Assembly (NCBI GenBank): GCA_009914755.4
Contig: CP068257.2
Location: 30,816,001 to 30,880,000 of the forward strand
Direction: 5' to 3'
Length of the DNA stretch: 64,000 nucleotides
DNA from: the human T2T-CHM13v2.0 reference genome, Homo sapiens
A program made the translations under genes and the position numbers. The notes beneath the pieces were generated by a model that was not told where the DNA came from, did not search any database, and saw only the letters and a program-made list of their open reading frames with translations. This document shows positions 62,350 through 64,000 of the stretch, in pieces. The stretch's first letter is position 1. Each line of letters opens with the position of its first letter.

Positions 62350-64000
62350 GGAAGTTCTTAGCAAAGCAGTGTAATAGCTGGCTCAGCATGAGCCATTGTC
62401 CCCTGGCAGATTGTGCCCAAGGGGACTTATGTATTTAGACAGTCTTGCATGAGAATATGACCTCTCCTATTCCACATAATTACTGTTTCATTGACATCTG
62501 GCTTTGGGTGTTTACCTCATATGTGCCTGCAGGCATGCCTTTTGTGGCCTAATATTTCCGTCACTGCCCCTGCCCCCTTGGGACAGTGACAGATATGTCA
62601 TCAGCCTCTGGCAGGCCCTGCTGTGGGCTTCTGGGGCGCAGGGGTAAGGAAGCTGGGCAGAAGGGACAGGCTTGCAGCCTGGGATGTCCTGTTTTGGGAG
62701 GCATAATTGTTTCATAAGGGAGGAACTCTAGGGCCACAGATAAGCTTATACTGAAAGAGAAACACAAAAACACGCTCCAGAGTCAGAGCTATGTGATTCC
62801 CCCACCAGGGAGAATCACTGGAAATCAGCACCACCTTGTCACGGAGATATGGATTCGGATGTGTTCCCACGGTCTCCAATCTCTAGTTCCATGATAGAAG
62901 GTTTCTGTCACACCCCTAAGTGCTGTCAGACCAGCACTTGGTATGCTTTGTGCTTTCTTCTGGACAACTCTCGGGCCCTGACTGCTGCCTCGATCCTCTC
63001 AACAGCAATAGGGCCCCAACAGGGGGAACGCTCGCCATGGCCTCTGGGTGTCTTATCTGGACACGAATGAGCTGGAGCGTGCATTTGCCCCAAGTCAGGA
63101 TCTAAGGGTGGAAAGGAGCCTTAAAGGCCATAGGTCCCCCTTCAGAGGCTCCCATGGGCATGCAACAGCTGATCAAATTAAAGTCATTCACTCCAGCTGG
63201 GGATGAACCAAGGCTAAATTTAGAACAATGCCAGCAGAAACACAGTGTGAAGATTCTGTTCAATCACAAGGAAAACTTTGTTTTTCCAGAATACGGAATA
63301 GGAAAAGGAGCCACAAAAGTATAAAGTAGTCCAAGTGATTCTAGAGAACAGTTGACATTCCCTTAGTGTAAAGCCTGGGACCATGGAGAGAGCCCTGGCC
63401 TGAGCTTGGGGTCCTAGCCAAGTGGTGGCTTTGCACAAGTGACTTGGCTACAACAAGAGGGGTTGGACCAGCTCATCACTAAGATTCCAGCTGACCAACA
63501 TCTGGTGAGTTTGTATCTTCAAACTAGTTGATTCAGATGACTAGGAAGCCTTGTTCCCATGGACTTGCCAAGCATTGCCCATATTGTCCATCTCTGGTGG
63601 CTGCATCTCAGCAGAGTTGATGCAGACTTGCCTTAAAGAGCGCTCACTTAGCAGGAGGCAGGCCTAGGCCAAGAGGCACCTGGAGTCTTATGGGAGAGAA
63701 GCTCTCCTGGCAGGAGAACCCAGACACCCACCTCCCAGGAGAAGAGGAGAGGGAAAAAAAGGGAGCTGATTTATGGAGCCCCATCCCCGGGCGCCAAGCT
63801 GAGTGCTTAAATCCACAATTCCCTCCTTTTATGCACTCAGCAAATATTTTCATAATGCCCACTCTGTGCCAGGGATGGCACTGGGGATTTGGCAAAGAGC
63901 AAGATGGTTCCAGCCCCTGCCCTCAGGAAGCTTGCATTCTAGGTGGAGAGAAAGGATGGCACCCACTCAGCGAGTGAGTGACGATTGTAAGTTGGGCTGT

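Noticed and set aside
61565-62438. Several 210-274 aa ORFs on both strands (His/Thr-rich and Cys/Val-rich, metallothionein-looking)
   Set aside because: They lie entirely within the TG/CA compound repeat. Amino-acid composition mirrors the dinucleotide bias. Low-complexity artefact.
58306-64000. Search for the terminal (transmembrane or cytoplasmic) EVA1C exon downstream of exon 7
   Set aside because: No ORF in this interval has acceptor support together with a hydrophobic or acidic C-terminal peptide. The last exon is presumably beyond the window.

Overview
This window is human (primate) genomic DNA dominated by Alu elements. About 46 full or partial Alus cover roughly 19% of the bases, each with the expected A/T-rich tail and several with clean target-site duplications (TSDs). 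The rest of the repeat landscape is L1 3' end fragments, MaLR LTRs of the MLT1 and THE1/MST type, one MADE1 mariner-derived inverted-repeat element (MITE), homopurine and homopyrimidine Alu-tail expansions, and short tandem repeats (STRs). There are no prokaryotic features: no operons, CRISPR arrays, tRNA or rRNA genes. The only protein-coding content I can support is six short + strand exons with good AG/GT splice boundaries and a continuous reading frame across junctions. Together they encode two SUEL/galactose-binding-lectin domains. From memory these match EVA1C (C21orf63, chr21q22.11) exons 2 to 7; exon 1 and the terminal exon lie outside the window. The intron between exons 5 and 6 holds an intronless, degraded copy of EXOSC3 (RRP40), a processed pseudogene and probably EXOSC3P1, in the same orientation as the host gene. 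Other notable structures are a 565 bp GC-rich minisatellite that keeps its CpGs and has a higher-order unit pattern, a roughly 700 bp TG/CA-rich Z-DNA-prone compound repeat, two tracts of about 180 bp that are homopurine on one strand and homopyrimidine on the other, several short local direct and inverted duplications (two of them dated relative to Alu insertions), an inverted L1 arrangement, and a MaLR LTR inserted 16 bp downstream of an exon donor site. I found no evidence of a novel biological system. The window reads as an ordinary Alu-rich, gene-internal region of chr21. All coordinates are approximate to within a few bases. Repeat family names and the gene symbol rest on recognition from memory, not on a database search.
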